NCBI GenBank assembly: GCA_051883495.1
Contig: JBJETV010000022.1
Location: 35,118-99,117, forward strand
Length of the DNA stretch: 64,000 bases
Reading direction: 5' to 3'
Source: Christensenellales bacterium
Lineage (GTDB): Bacteria > Bacillota > Clostridia > Christensenellales > UBA1242
Shown here: positions 17,786-32,700 of the stretch, piece by piece
Layout of the letters: each line of letters starts with the position of its first letter
Numbering within the stretch: the stretch's first letter is position 1
Notes under the pieces: model-generated
What the model was told of the DNA's origin: nothing
The model's input: only the letters and a program-made list of their open reading frames with translations
Database searches by the model: none
Position numbers and translations under genes: made by a program

Positions 17786-20700
17786 ATGAAAAATTTGAGC
17801 CGAAAATTTATGCAAGTTGTCTGTTCGTCGCTATTGGGTGTGGTGGCGATTATGGGCGGGATAATGTTGTCCCCAAATTTTTTTGCACGTCAAAAGGCAT
17901 ATGCGACTATTGAAAGCTCGCAATCACAAGACTCCATGCTTGGTGTAACGCAAGAAGAGATTATTCTTAATGAAACTTCTGGAGCATCGTTGTTGCTTAA
18001 TGCAATAAATTCAATGACCAATGAAAGTAAAATTAAATTTGAAAACGGTTATTATGCTAGCAATGATGCTAGTAAGGCTTACTCTTTTGTCTTTGAAAGA
18101 GATGTAACCGAATCAGACATTGATAGTTGGGGAAATAAGTTTGCCTTTGATGGCTTTACATTCAAAGCAAGTCAATCTTTCAGTGGAACAAATCCAATGC
18201 TTACAATTTCAGGTCTACAAAAAGTAGCATTTAGGAATTGCTCTTTTGTAGGCAATGGCAAAGTCGAAGGCATATCCTTTGTGAATTGTGAAAATGTATC
18301 TTTTGAAAATTGTTCCTTTGTAGATTTTAGTGGCAAATCAATTTTTTCTACAACAACTAGAGACAACACAACAATTACATTCTCTGGCGAAAATTATTTT
18401 GCAAACAATGTTTCAAACAATGGTTCAATACTTTCTTTCGAAACAGCAAATGTTTATTTTAATATAATGCCTGATGGGAGCAATTTTGTTATTCCTTCCA
18501 ATACATTATTTGAAGAAAACATTGCAACGAATTTAATAAATGTTTCTGGCGGAAGTATTAAGGCAATAAATATGACTTTTGCTAACAACACAGGTAGAAT
18601 TTTTTACATAAGTGGTTCCATTGTCGACTTGCAAGATAGTGAATTTTCTAACAACAGTAACTGTGTGGATAATGTTATAAAAATTGCAGGACAGCAAGGC
18701 AATTTGATGATGAGCAACCTAAAATTTGTAAACAATACAATCGTAAAAAAAGAAATAAAAAGTTTGCCTGCAGTGATTTCTATCGGTCTAGGGGGTGTAA
18801 CAACTGGATTAATTGGCAATATCAATATCGACAACCCAACGACTTTTGACAATGTTGTGGTTGCTGGAGATGATAAAGACACTGGTAGCAGTTTTAATAT
18901 AGTTGGTTGTGATATAACTGGTGGAGGAAGTGCTTTTAGTTTTGATAAGGTTCAAAGTGTAAAATTTATCAAAGAAACTGAAGAGACCGTATCAGATTAC
19001 AGTGTTATTGCAAATGGTTGTTCTGGCAATATAATTGAAGTAACGGAATGTAAAACCCTTGTCTTAAAAGAGGGTAACCTTGGTTGGTTGGATACTACAG
19101 AAACAATATCTCGTGGTATTTATCTCAAAGATACTGATAGTGCGACAATCGATAATGTAACTGTTTACAACTGCAATGCAGGAGAAGAAGATGGTGGTGC
19201 TATCTACTCCAAAAACAGTGTTTTATCACTAAACAATGTAAAATTGATAGGCAACAAGGCAAGAAATGGTGGTGCTATCGCAGTTAATGGTGGCAGTGTT
19301 ACATTGTCAAACAGTGTCTTGGAATCCAATGGTGCATTTTCTAGTGCATCTGGAAGTGAATTAAGTGGTTGTGGAGGCGCAATATATGTAAACACGGCAA
19401 CACTTAATATCACGGCAACATCTAAAGAGGGAGAAGGTGTAAACAAAGATGAAAAAATAATTTTCAAAAACAATAGTGCGACAAACGGTGGTGCAATTTA
19501 TTTAACTCAAGAAGCAAACTTTTCTCAAGAAGTTTTTGTCAATGAATACGTTTGCCCAATAATTTTTGAATCAAACACTTCATCCAATAACGGCGGAGCA
19601 ATATATTCCAATGCAATATTAAATATCAAAGATTCTTCATTTGTTGGTGGTGGTGCTGGCGGAAATGGTGGTGCGTTGTATATAGATGCAACAGACAAGC
19701 AATTCAATTTGGAACAATGTGATTTTCAAGATTTATATGCGGTGGACGGCGGTGCAATTTATGTAAATATTGCTGGCAAGGTAGAAATTCTCGGCGGAAG
19801 CAAAGGAAATAAATTCCTTTCTTGCAATGCAACAGGTGAGGGGATTATTTACATAGCCAAAGCAAAAAGTATCAATATGGAAAGCACAGAGTTGTCTGGT
19901 GCAAACATTACAGGTATTGCGTCAAACGGAATAGTTGTATTCAAATCTTCCGCAGATACTCAAGAAAATACTTTCAGTTGCGATATCAACGTCAAAGATT
20001 TAACGATAAAAGACTACACAACATCCTCCAAAGGTGCAGTGGTAGTGGATTATCAAGGCTATGCCAGCACTGTGGCAATCTTCGATGGAATTGTTGTGTC
20101 CAACGTTTATGCTCAAGGGGAAAGTTCTCTTGGTGGTGCAATGAGTTTTGAGGGTAATGTAAAGGCAACTATATATGACGGAGAGTTTACCTCAAACTAT
20201 GCAGACAATGGCGGTGTGGTGTATGCAAATGGTGCAAATGTAACAATGGAAAATTTAGAATTTTTGTCAAATTGCACACAACAAAGCGCCTCTTTGAATA
20301 GGGACATAAATGGTGCAATCTTGTATGCAAACAACAGTAATATTTCCATTAAAAACGCAACAATCACTGGCACTGTTTTGGCTGTAAATAGCAGTCTTAT
20401 CACCCTAGACGGCAGTGGGGAAGGAAATCTTGACTCTATAGAATTTGTCAACAATACTTGCTACTCTCAATATTCCTCATCAAATGATAGTTTTGGGTTG
20501 AAAATAAGCAAAGAAATAAGATTTTCTCTTTCAAACGGAAGGTTTGTTGCCAATACATTTGCAAAAGATATTCTGCAATTTGCTGACGATATGAATTATA
20601 AAATTTCGGACACTCTGTTTGAGGCAAACGAAATAAAATCTAGCACAGTAAATGGTGTTTTGAAAGTAACCAATCCTAATAATATCATACAAAATTGTGT

Positions 20701-23700
20701 ATTTAGAGATAACGCAGTAAATGGCGATTGTGCAGGTATATTTATCTCCGGAAAGGGATATTCTTACACTATCGCAGGATGCCAGTTTGAGTCTTGCAAA
20801 GGTTCTAGCGGTAGCGCAGTGCGTGTAGATTCTAGGAATTCTGACGTAAAACTCACTTTGGATGGTTGCGTGTTTACAAACAATTCCAGTTCTGACGGAA
20901 CAGTTTATTCCACAAAAGAATTGACAGTAAAAAATTGTCAGTTTATAAATAATACTTCCACTGCCAATGCTGGTGCAATAAGGGCAGAGGTGCTTACAGT
21001 GGTCAGTTCTACATTCCGAGGCAACACAGCCAGTGGAAATGGTGGTGCAATTTTCGTCAGTTCGTCTTCTTCTCAAGCATTGAGAATACTCGACGGCAAA
21101 ACTGAATTTTTGGAAAACACCTCTTCAAACGGTGGTGCAATATATATCTCCAAAAATACAGGAGCAATACTCTCAGGTTGCTCTTTTGTAGGCAATCAAG
21201 CAACAAATGATGGTGGTGCAATATACAACCTTGGTAGCCTGGTTGCAGAAGGGGTATCTTTTAGCAAAAACATCTCTACAAATCAGACAGAATCTCGTGG
21301 TGGAACAATCTTCTCTCAAGGCAATTTGAGCCTGTCGGATATAGAAACTTTTGAGGGCGACAACACCAAAAAAATAGCCAATGGTGGTGCAATTTATCTT
21401 ACATCAGAGAGTTTGACAAAGTATTCGTTCTACATAAACAATGTAAAATTTGGCAATTTTAAGGCAGTAAATGGTGGTGTGTTGTATATGGACAATGGCT
21501 ACCTAAAATTGAACAATTGTTCCTTTGGCTCTACTGCTGATGACATAATAAATTCTGCCACTTCAAAAGGTGGAGTGCTGTATATCAACAGTGCAAAATC
21601 TAGCGTAGATGTATTTGATTGCCAATTCCAAAATGCAACAGCAGGAAGTGGGGCATTTATTTACACAGAGGGCAATTCTTCAACAGGCGATATTATTACA
21701 TTCAACTCAACAACATTTAGCAACGCAACAGACTCTGCATTGTATCTTATCGGTGGCAAAATTTATCTGCATGATGTAGAAGTGTCTTCTTCCAGTGTAG
21801 CAAACATTATACTGAAGGGTGCGTATCTTTATCTTTCAGGGCTTATAAGTATTTATGACAGTGGCGAAAATAAGATAAATGTTAAACATGAAAGCGGTTA
21901 TATTATCCTCATCGGACCAATGTCAAAAGGTTCAAAAGTTGGTCTTACTGCTGATACAAATAAAAGGTTAGTCCAAGGTCAAAGCCTATCTCAAAATCAA
22001 TACTTTATGAATTCTGGAGATGCACAATGTTTCGTTCCAGATAGCAATTCTAACATTGCTTTAAGTTTTTCCTTTACAAGTGGTGTTGAAACTGGTGCAA
22101 TTTACTCCACATTGATAAGTAGTACATCTACTACTATTGTCGTGTCGGACTTCAGAGATTCTGTCAATTTCTTTGAAGGAAATCTTGAAGAATTGCCATA
22201 TTCACTGGTGCAAGTGTATAAAAATGGTGTAAAACTAGACTACACACTTTCTGATAGCGGTTGCAAGTTTGGAGATAAAATAACCTATGAATTTACTTCT
22301 TATGACGACAACTCTCATGCTTCAGTGGAAGATTTTCCAACAGACAAAGTAAAGGAATCTGCAAGAAGTTATTATCTTGTAAATGAGCTGGTTGACCAGG
22401 ATACAAATACAAGGACACAAAAAAACACAGTAATCGAACTCACTGCCGAGGGACAACTGACAATAGAAAAATTGCCTCAAGTTGATGATTTGTTTGTGGG
22501 ACATGCTTTGAGTACAGCTCATTTGACGCAAGGCAGAGCAGAATTTGGTGGAAATGCCATCGCAGGAACATTCAGTTGGAAAGATGGCACAAAGACTGCA
22601 AGAACAACCGCTGGTTACCAGTTGTTTACTGTTGTGTTTACTCCAACCAATACCAATTTGTTCGCCCCAGTGGAATTTGAAATGCTGGTTAAGGTGAATG
22701 GCTATGACGAACTAACATACAAGGAAGGTGGCTTCTTCCGTGGCGAAAGTAATGTGGGAACATCTTTGTCCGACATTATCAGCAAGATGAGTGACGGTGG
22801 AGTAATTTATCTTGAAAAATCAATAGAAAATGAATCAATTTCTGTGGACAACAAGACCGTCAAATTTGTTAGAGCAAATGGTTTTAATGGCACTATGTTT
22901 GTAAATTCCACCTTGGGCTCAAAAAATATGACAGGCAACATCATAATTGACGGTGCAGGAGATAGTTTTGTTACAGACGAAGTAAACGCTGACCCAGCAA
23001 ATATTGTTTTGATAAATTCCGGTTCTAGATCAATATACAGTGGAGTAACTATCCAAAATCACAATGGAACAGACTCTGCCGTTGCAGTGAAAGGTGGGGC
23101 CACACTTACAATTTATGGTGGAGAAATTCTGGACTGCGTTACAACTGGCAATGGAGGTGCATTGTCGGTGGTGGACAATTCTACTATAACAATTTATGAT
23201 GTTACTATCAGAAACTGCTCGGCTAAACTTGGTGGTGGATTGTATGTAGATAGCAATGCAAATGTAACAATCTATGACGCAGAGATTTTAGAATGTTCTG
23301 CTGTAAATGGTGGTGGATTGTACTGCAAAGGGGACAAAATAACGATAAGCAATATAAGCATTGTATCCAACAAGGCAATTTACGAAGAAGCAGTGATTGA
23401 CTCTGGACTTGGTGGTGGCTTATATTTTGAAAAAGTGCCAACAATTTATCAAGCAGAGATAAAATATAATTTCGCTAAACTAGGTGGTGGTGTTTATATT
23501 GCAAGTTGCGATAGCCAATTTGGTCTTGGTCGTGTGGGAGCAATATCTGTGTATGGCAACTCTGCAGTGCAAAATGGTGGTGGCATATATGCAAAAACCA
23601 GTTTTATTGCCAATGGTTTGTCTGTTTCACAGAATATGGTAACAAATAGTGGTGGCTTTGGTGGTGGGTTGTATATAGAATTAAATGAAGCAGATACAAC

Positions 23701-26700
23701 CAAACAAAGCACACTTTCCAATTGCGAGTTTGTGGGGAATATTGTCAACGCAGGTTGTGGTAGTGCAATCTATGCGTATAATCTTATACTCAATAATGTT
23801 CAGGTGGTGAATAATGGCATAGAAAATGGCAGTTCTACGATTCTTGGCGGTGCAATTTATACTGCAAGGAGTTTGAACTTACTAAACAGTTATGTTTCCA
23901 GCAACTATGCACAGGGAAACCCTAGTTCAGAATTGGGATTAGATGTAAAATCTGCTGGCTTGTCAGGTTTTGATGTTGTTGATAGTGAACTTAATATTTC
24001 CAACTCTACAATCGCCAACAACAACATTTACAACACTTCAGGCGGAGCAATTAGTGCTAACACTGGTTCGCAAATTTGGATGCAAGTTGGGACTGGTAGT
24101 TCTGGTGGAATAATAATTGCTGATAGTTTAATACAAGCCAATAACAACGAAGAAGTGGCAATAAATTACAACAAAATGAGCAGTGATAAGTTGTATTCAA
24201 AAGTTAACATTGTCTTGTCTGGCAAGGTGCAGATATTGGGTAAATTAACTGTAGTAAGAAAAGATGAGGGTGGTGAAGCAAAAAGTGAGTCCAATCTCAC
24301 ACTAAAAAATCTTTCAGCAGATTCCACAGTAAACCCAGCACTTGACAACAATAGCAATGGCTCAATCATTGCAACAATAGAAGGAACTGTTCTAAAAGCA
24401 GAAGATTACACCAAAATCTTTGTTTCACTAGGCAAAAAACTTAAAATACAAAATGACGTGTCAACCACTCTTGCAGTGGATAACGAAAGTGGTTCATACG
24501 ATAATAAAGTAATAAATTCGTCACAAAAATTTGACAAAGCAGATAGAAATAATGTATTATCTCGAGTCAATGTATACCCACTAAACAGCTATGCCTCAGA
24601 CAACCTAGTAATGTATGAAGTATATCAAGGTGTTGTGGTAAATGTTACTGATGTTATTGCAGATACCAAGTATGGAAATTCAGCTGAAAAACGGGCAATT
24701 TTATTTGTAAACTATGGAACGCTTATAATAGACAACCTAACACTCACCGCTGGGAGCAGAGAGGGATATTATGCGATAGAGAACTATGGCACAATGATTA
24801 TTTCTGCCAGCGAGTTTATTTCTGCCCCTATTTGCAATGAAGGTTATATCGAAATAAACAACGGAACAATTATCCGCAATACTAGCCTAACTCCTGCAAT
24901 AACCAACAAGGGAACTGTTGTTATCAACTCTGGTTCTTTCCATGGCAACACCAGTGGTGTGATAGAAAACCTAGTTGAAGATGCTTATGTAGAGATAAAT
25001 GACGGAATATTCTACAACAACGCAAGCAATGGTTCTGTGGTAGATTTGCAATACGGCTCTGCAATAATCAATGGCGGCACATTTGAACACAATGTTGTTC
25101 AACTAGACGGCACTACATCTTCTCTTGGTGGAGTAATTAAAGTTGCTAGTGGCACAACATTACAAGTATTTGGTGGAACATTTGAAAGCAACTCGGCTTG
25201 CTTTGGCTCGGCAATTTACTCCGAAGGAAATGTAGAAATTTATGACGGGCTTTTTGTATCAAACTTTACCTATGCATCAGATGATTTTAATGGTGCTGGT
25301 GGGGCAATCTTTGCAAAAGACAGCAAAGTCGCTATCTATGGCGGAATGTTTGAGGGTAATAATGGTCTGACTGGCGGTGCTATTGGTGCATACAATGCAA
25401 TAATAGATATTTTTGACGGTGCAAAATTTGCAGGAAACTATATATCCAACGTGGGGCAAAAAGGCTATTCACTTGGTGAAGTATCTTTCCTAAAAATTAT
25501 ACAGCTTGGTGCGGTTTTGTATGCAGGTGGAACATCAGAAATCAATATTTTTGGCGGAGATTTTGTGCAAAATGGTAGAGGAAACGGCTACGGAACAGTT
25601 TATGTTGGAGATGATTGCTTGCTAGAGATTTCAAGTGGAAATTTCTACGAAAACAATGTGAATGCAGGTGGTGCATTGTATCTTGCAGGCAGTTCAACAA
25701 CAACTATTATTGGTGGGGCTTTCTCAAACAACAACGTTTCTGGTTCTGATGGTTGTGCAATATACAATGGCGCAACACTTAATCTTTTTGGTGGTGCTAT
25801 TTACAATAACAGTGACTGTGCAAATATCTTGTCTCTTGGTGGCACAACAACTATTTCTGGCGGTGTAAAGATTTACAACAACACCAGCACAAGCAGTAAA
25901 AATATCATCTCCGTTACTGGTTCTCTTACTATGAATGGTGGACTTATCAGCGGGAATTCTGCAGATAATTGTATTGTCTATATAAACGAAGGTTCTTCGG
26001 CAAAAGTTGAGATTTCTGGCGGTCAAATAACAGGCAACAAATCTAAAAATGGTGCTGTGAGTGGTGTAACAGATAAGTTGACAATCAAAAATACTCCTTA
26101 CATTTTCAACAACACCAACGAGTCAGGAACAAAAAGTTTGAATGTAAATATAAAATGTGATGATAGTAGTAAAAAAGCATATCCAATACAACTATCCGGG
26201 GATCTTATGGTAGGTTCGGCTGTGGGTATTTTTGCTAACATACTTCCAACTAGTTTGGATTATATCAAAGCAGTTAGTAACAGCACTGGTTCAATTAACA
26301 CAAAGAATCTGCAGTATTTTTCAAGTGATGTTAATAGTTATAAATTATTTGCTTCCAGCCAAGATAGTTCTTTTTTTGAAAACGGCAAGACTTATCCATT
26401 TGGGGATTCTTCTCACTTTATGTTTGGAAAATCTAATAAGAAGATAGATACCAATGTCTTTGATTATATCGCCAGTGACTATTACGGTCAGTATGATGGT
26501 GCATATCATTCAATCTCTCTAGATTTTGTAGATAGCAACGACGCAAATAAATATGACATATTTTATTATCAGAGTTCTACAAGCAACCTTAAAGATAGCG
26601 ATTTGACAAATGTTATTTGGACAAGTAGTTTTGAACCTATTTTGTCAGGTAAATCTTATGTGTATTTTAGATTTAATTCTAAAAGTGATTCCTCAAAAAC

Positions 26701-29700
26701 TAGTGCGATAGATTGCAGAAGTATTCTTATTAGTGCAAAAGAAGTGGAAGTGGTGAAAACACCTACACTTCAAACAACTATTTATTACAATGCAAATGAG
26801 CCTCTTTCCAAGTCGTATTTGGACTCTTGGTTGGTGGGTGGCAAAGTTGTGGACAAAAAGAATCATGACATAACAGTTGGGGGCAGATTTGAATGGGGTG
26901 AGAGTAGCACCTTGTTCAACAAAATAGGCATAAACAAATGCACTGTTAGATTCGTTCCAGACGAAAACACATATTCTGCTTATTCTTCAATCACTTGCAC
27001 AATAGATGTTTTTGTCTATGCAAGAGAGTTGTATTACAATGGAGAATTCTATGTTGATGACACCTTTACAACAAAACTGGGAGATGAAAATGTTATTAGC
27101 AATGATAATAAAGGCAGTGATGGAAATGTAATATATTATCATAATGATATGGGCAGTGCTTTTGGCGCATTGACAATTGGTGGCAAGATTTATGTTAATG
27201 AAACATATATAGTCAACACTACATCAGAAACTACTTGGGAAAGAACTACAGATAGGATAACTATAACACGTTTTGCTGGGTTTACTGGGGCTATCATAAA
27301 GGCAACTGACAGCGCAAAACTAACTATTTCTGGTGCAATAACCATTGATGGTGGGGCGGTGTGGACTATCAACACAAGCAGTCCAAGTTCCAACAATCCA
27401 TATTATTTGAACGACTTAAACAAACCATATAATTCGGGCATACAAGCAACAAGCAGTATGATAGAAGTTGACACAAATGCTACACTAAATATAGGGAATG
27501 GGGCCATATTAGAAAATGCAGAAAATATAAATAATGGTGGCGCTATCACCAACCACGGAACAACTTTCATATCAAATTCAACAATTCAAAAAAATATGGC
27601 GAAAAATGGTGGTGCTATTGCCAATGATGGAGCGCTCAGTATAAGTGGTGATACACGAATACAATACAATCTTGCCAATATAAAAGATAAAGTTGCTGGA
27701 GATATATACGGCTATGGCGGTGCAATCTTCCAACAAAACAAAGGAGAGGCTGTCGCAGAAGCAACATTTGCAGTTACCAAATCTATTATTTCTTACAACA
27801 AATCTCAAACATATGGTGGGGCGATTGCAGTGCTTGCTGGCAGTGTGCTATTTGATGCAAGTGTAAGCGGAGATGAAACAGAGATTAGCAACAACAACTC
27901 CTCCTCCGCAACGGCTATTTATTCTTGCTCTATGGTGAGAGTTGTGGGAATAAAACTTTTCAACAACAATCTTATCTCTGGCACAAGTGGCAATAATATC
28001 TCCATTATGTTGGTAGGACAAGGCGAAAGGATGACCTTGGATAGTGGAAAACAATCTTCCACCACCACTGGTGGTTCCTCATCAGAAAGCACTCCTCCAA
28101 TGATAGAAATCAGTGGGCAGGTTGTTTTGGTAAGAGAGAATTCTTCGATAGAAAATGGTGAATCTCCATACATTAGGCAAAAGAGTATGGTTTCGGACAA
28201 TTCCAATATAACAGTATATCTAACGGCAAAAAGTGATAGTGGGTTGACTGTTGTGACTGATATAGGCAGAGTGCTGGTTGTTATTGAAAATGGTGCCAAT
28301 GAAGAAGTGTATAAGGCTTATGCAGGCAACAAGATTGCAATTATAACAACTCACAAAGAAGTAAGCGATATCTTCGCCCCAAAAATGCCAGATTCATCTG
28401 AGCCTGCAGTGAATACATCAGAATGGAAGTTGGTGGAAAATGGTGGAGAAGTGGAGATACTTATTTTGAAATCAAAAGACAGCACTCTCCCAACCGACTA
28501 TGAAAATAATCAAGGAAATGAAGACTTCACCAACAACGAATGGGTAAGGATAACTACAACATATGGTAATACCTATAGCGTAAATATAGATGGAGAAGAC
28601 CACCGCAAAATTTCTTACACAGAAAAAGGAGAAAAGTTACAAAGATTTGACAGAGCTGGACAATCTATCAAGGAGTTTGACTACGTTGATGAAGTAGAAT
28701 TTGGATTAAAAGATTTGGATACCCAAGTCCGTATCGGCAGAAACATATATGCATTGTGGACTTTGGCAGATCCTATATTCTATGTACAAGGGACTATTTT
28801 GGACGAACACGACAATCCAATAGGTGACGATTTTGATGCCAGTGCGGGATGTTCAGTGCCTTATGGCAATAAGATTAAGCTGGAAATCAATATTCTAAAC
28901 AAAGAAGAAAAATATAATTACTCTTACAGATGGGTGTATTACGACACAAGTACCACACATGAAACACAAAGGGATTTCATAAACCCTACCATAACGGATC
29001 AACCAGATAAATTAGTGATAAAGCATGCGTTCGCATACAGAATAGGTGTGACGGTAACAGTAAATGGACAAGGAACAAATGATGAAAAGCCTCAAGAGAG
29101 AAGAACTCCTATCTTCTTTGACAATATCAGAATAACCCCTGCACAAGTTGAACTGTCTTTGAGTAATAACAAATTTACTTATACACACAATATTATCAAT
29201 CCAATTTATAGTGATGGGACTGCAAAAACAGTAACAGATGATAGCGAATATAATCTTCGTATAAGCAAATTGAACAATGATACTGCTGAGACTCCAGAAA
29301 GTTTGGCTTTGCCTTATAATGAAACAATATGCAATAATATAATGCCAATAGGCACTGTGTTAGATAAAAATTCTGGAGAAAACACCAACGCACTTAATAG
29401 TAATGATTATCTTGTCAATATACAACAAGGAATCGCCGCAAGTGGTGGAATAGGCAATAAAGATACAGATAATTGTGACTATTTTGGTACACAGGATTAT
29501 GTCCTTATAAACAACACAAATAAGTTGTGGAGTATAACTCAACTAAAATTAAATGTTACAAAATGGGTTTATGCTCAACAAATAGGAGAAAATCAGTTTA
29601 AGATAGTGGGTGATTACACCAATGCTATTCAGAATATCAGCGGTTATACATTTGTTGTCTTGCCAGTGTTTGACAATATTGGAGAAGACAATGTAAGATT

Positions 29701-32700
29701 CAAACTTACTACCAATTACACCAATGCTCTTGGCGAACATATTAGCAAGGATATTATTATCAAGTACAACGGATATACCAATGGAGATGTCGTTGTCCTT
29801 GAAAATATAGAGGGTAGCGAGGTAAAAGCGGATAACCTAGGTTATGTGGGTGACGTAGGAACATTTACGACAACAATTACCGATGTAAACGACTATCATA
29901 AAGATGAAAATGATATCGGAGATGGAAACAACAATTATTCTTGGAGTGATATAGCAAAGACTTGGGCAATTACTAGGACGCAAGCGGTTATTCAAAATTG
30001 GATAATTGGTTATGTGGATGGAAGTTTTACAGGATATTCATACACTAGCCTTGAAGGCACAGATGGCAACAAGTTTATTCAATTGAATGACACCTATTTT
30101 GATAGCGCAACAAATAGCGTAGTTGTGCCAGACGACTTCTTCTATCAAAAAGATGGCAAGTTGGCAGTAGGGGCAACCTTTATAAATTGCGCAAATGGAA
30201 TGGGGGCAGAAATTGTTGACAAACTAAAGATTACTCTTTCTGTCAATGGCAGACTAAACAATGGAAGTATCCTTGAACAAAGTTTCACTTACTTAGTAAA
30301 TCTCAATAATAAAGGGGTTATTAAGTCTGACAATAAATCTTATATAGAATTATTTAATCCAGATGTCGTAGGCTCTGTAACTCAAGCAGGTGTATATACA
30401 ATAACAGCAACCATTGTCCAAGAAGATTCAGAATTTGATATGGCATCGGCATACAGTTATACACTTACTGTTGTAGTGAATAGGCAAGTTTTGCAAGAAA
30501 AAGATAACTGGATTGGTAGTTGGGGAGAGGCATTTAATGTATATAGTGGAAGATATGATGGACAACAAAAGACGATGACCATTGAAGGCGTTAATGACTA
30601 TACCTACAATACATATAAGGCAGTGGAAAACTTGGAATTGGAAGAAGGTTATTACACAGACATATTGTATTACATAAACAATGGTGACCGTGTAGAAAAA
30701 GTTTATGATGCCGGAGTTTATATAACATTTGCATCCTTGCCAGTAATTGAGTCCTACAACTTTATGTTGGATAAGGAATACAACATTTGGACAGTGTATC
30801 CTAGAACTTTGACAGTAGACACCTCAAACAGCAATCGTCAATATACAGGAGCTTTGCAGACTTATGAGCCAACAGTTAGCAATATTATTCTCGGTGAAGA
30901 TGATAGGGAAATATTGTCCTTTAGTGAGGGCTTTAGAGGGGCAGATATCAACGAAACTGGAGACCCTTATACTGGGGTTATTACAATAATATCAAGCAAC
31001 TATACCTTTGGACTAAACGGAGTGTATGTAAACACTCAAACAGTCAATTGGCGTATTATTAGAAAGCAACTTACTGTCAAGTGGCTATTCCACTATGGTG
31101 ATGCTAAGGACCCAACAGCAGTGGAAAGCAGTGGTGAGAGTGTAGCTGTTGAAAAAGTGTATGACGGAAAGACTTTCTATCCAGTTATACAGCTTTCAGG
31201 TTTTGTTACAGTGGATGGAACTTACTGTGACCATGTAACCCCTAGCGTGTTATATTATAGAGATGGCAATTCCACCGCTATAGGTGGCACATTCATCAAA
31301 GATTCTGGCAAATATTACACATTGACGAGTGATGCCTTAACAGGAGAACATTCTATGTATTACTCCCTGTCAACAGAAGTTGCAGAAAGAAGAATTACAT
31401 GGGAAATCACTAAGAAAGAAATAAATATTGTATGGAATGAAACACCTCTTGTATACGACAGCACTACGCGAACATTTGGAGCGACTATTCCTAGTGATCA
31501 ATTGTGTGAGGGCGATAATGTAAGCAATTTTGTACTGGATTTTGATGGTGAATATTCAGCAAAAGGCGTTGGCAATTATACTGCAACAGCAACAATTCGC
31601 ATAAATAGTGATACAGGAATAACCAACTATGTGATATCCAGTGAAACTAGCCAAAAACTATGGAGTATATTGCCAAAAGAAGTTTCCTTAAAATTTGAAA
31701 CAGGCAATTCTATTATTTATGATGGCAAAGCACACGCAAACTCTGCAACTATAGAGACTGGCATTTTTACCGGAGATAATATAAAGATTGTTCCAAAGTA
31801 TTACAATGGCTACAATGCTAGTGGAGAGCCAATTTCTGATGGAAGTACTATCAAAAACGTGGGCAAATATAGTGTAAAATTTGAATTGTATAATGCAGAT
31901 AATACAGAATGTAAAAATTATTTAGTAGAAAATGGTGACATTTCCAACTGGGATATTGTTCAACGCAAGTTGGAGATAGATTGGAAAGACCGTGACGGCA
32001 ATATAGTAACAAGTTTGTCAAATTATCAAAGAACATACAATTCTAATGCCACTACTGCATATTATGTTTATTATACTATCAACGACTTGTTGGAAGGTAG
32101 CGAACAGATTACAGTGAGATTTGGTGAAATGGGCACCAGCAACAACAGGACCATTTCGCTGGGGCTTGCGAATGTTCTCACAGGTCAGGCTGACTTTACT
32201 AATTCAGGTTATTTCATAAATGCTGGTTCTTACTTTGTAGAGATTGTGTCTATTGCAGACAGCAGTGGCAAATCAAACTTCGCTATGCCAGACAACAATA
32301 GATTTACAGTAACAGTTAATCCTGCACAAATTGATATAAACAGAATCCTTGACGACAATCATGATTTTGATGGCGATGATTGGTGTGTAGCAAGATTTTA
32401 TGACGAGGCTGGTGCATCAAAAAATGCTCCACAATATGATGGAACAGAAAAAACGGTGTATATTAAAATAAAAGATTTGTCAGGCAAAGAACTTGAAGTC
32501 AATGTGGACTATAAGGTGGAAAATAGCAAAAAGACCAATGCAGGCTCGTATGACGCAATTGTTACACTAATCAACAGAAACTACGCCCTAGGTGTGCTGT
32601 ATGTGACTGATGGTGAAAATGTGTTTGTTCAAAGAACAAGTGTAAATGTAAGATGGGCTATCAAGGCAAGACCTGTTACTTTCGTTTGGCCAGAAAATAC

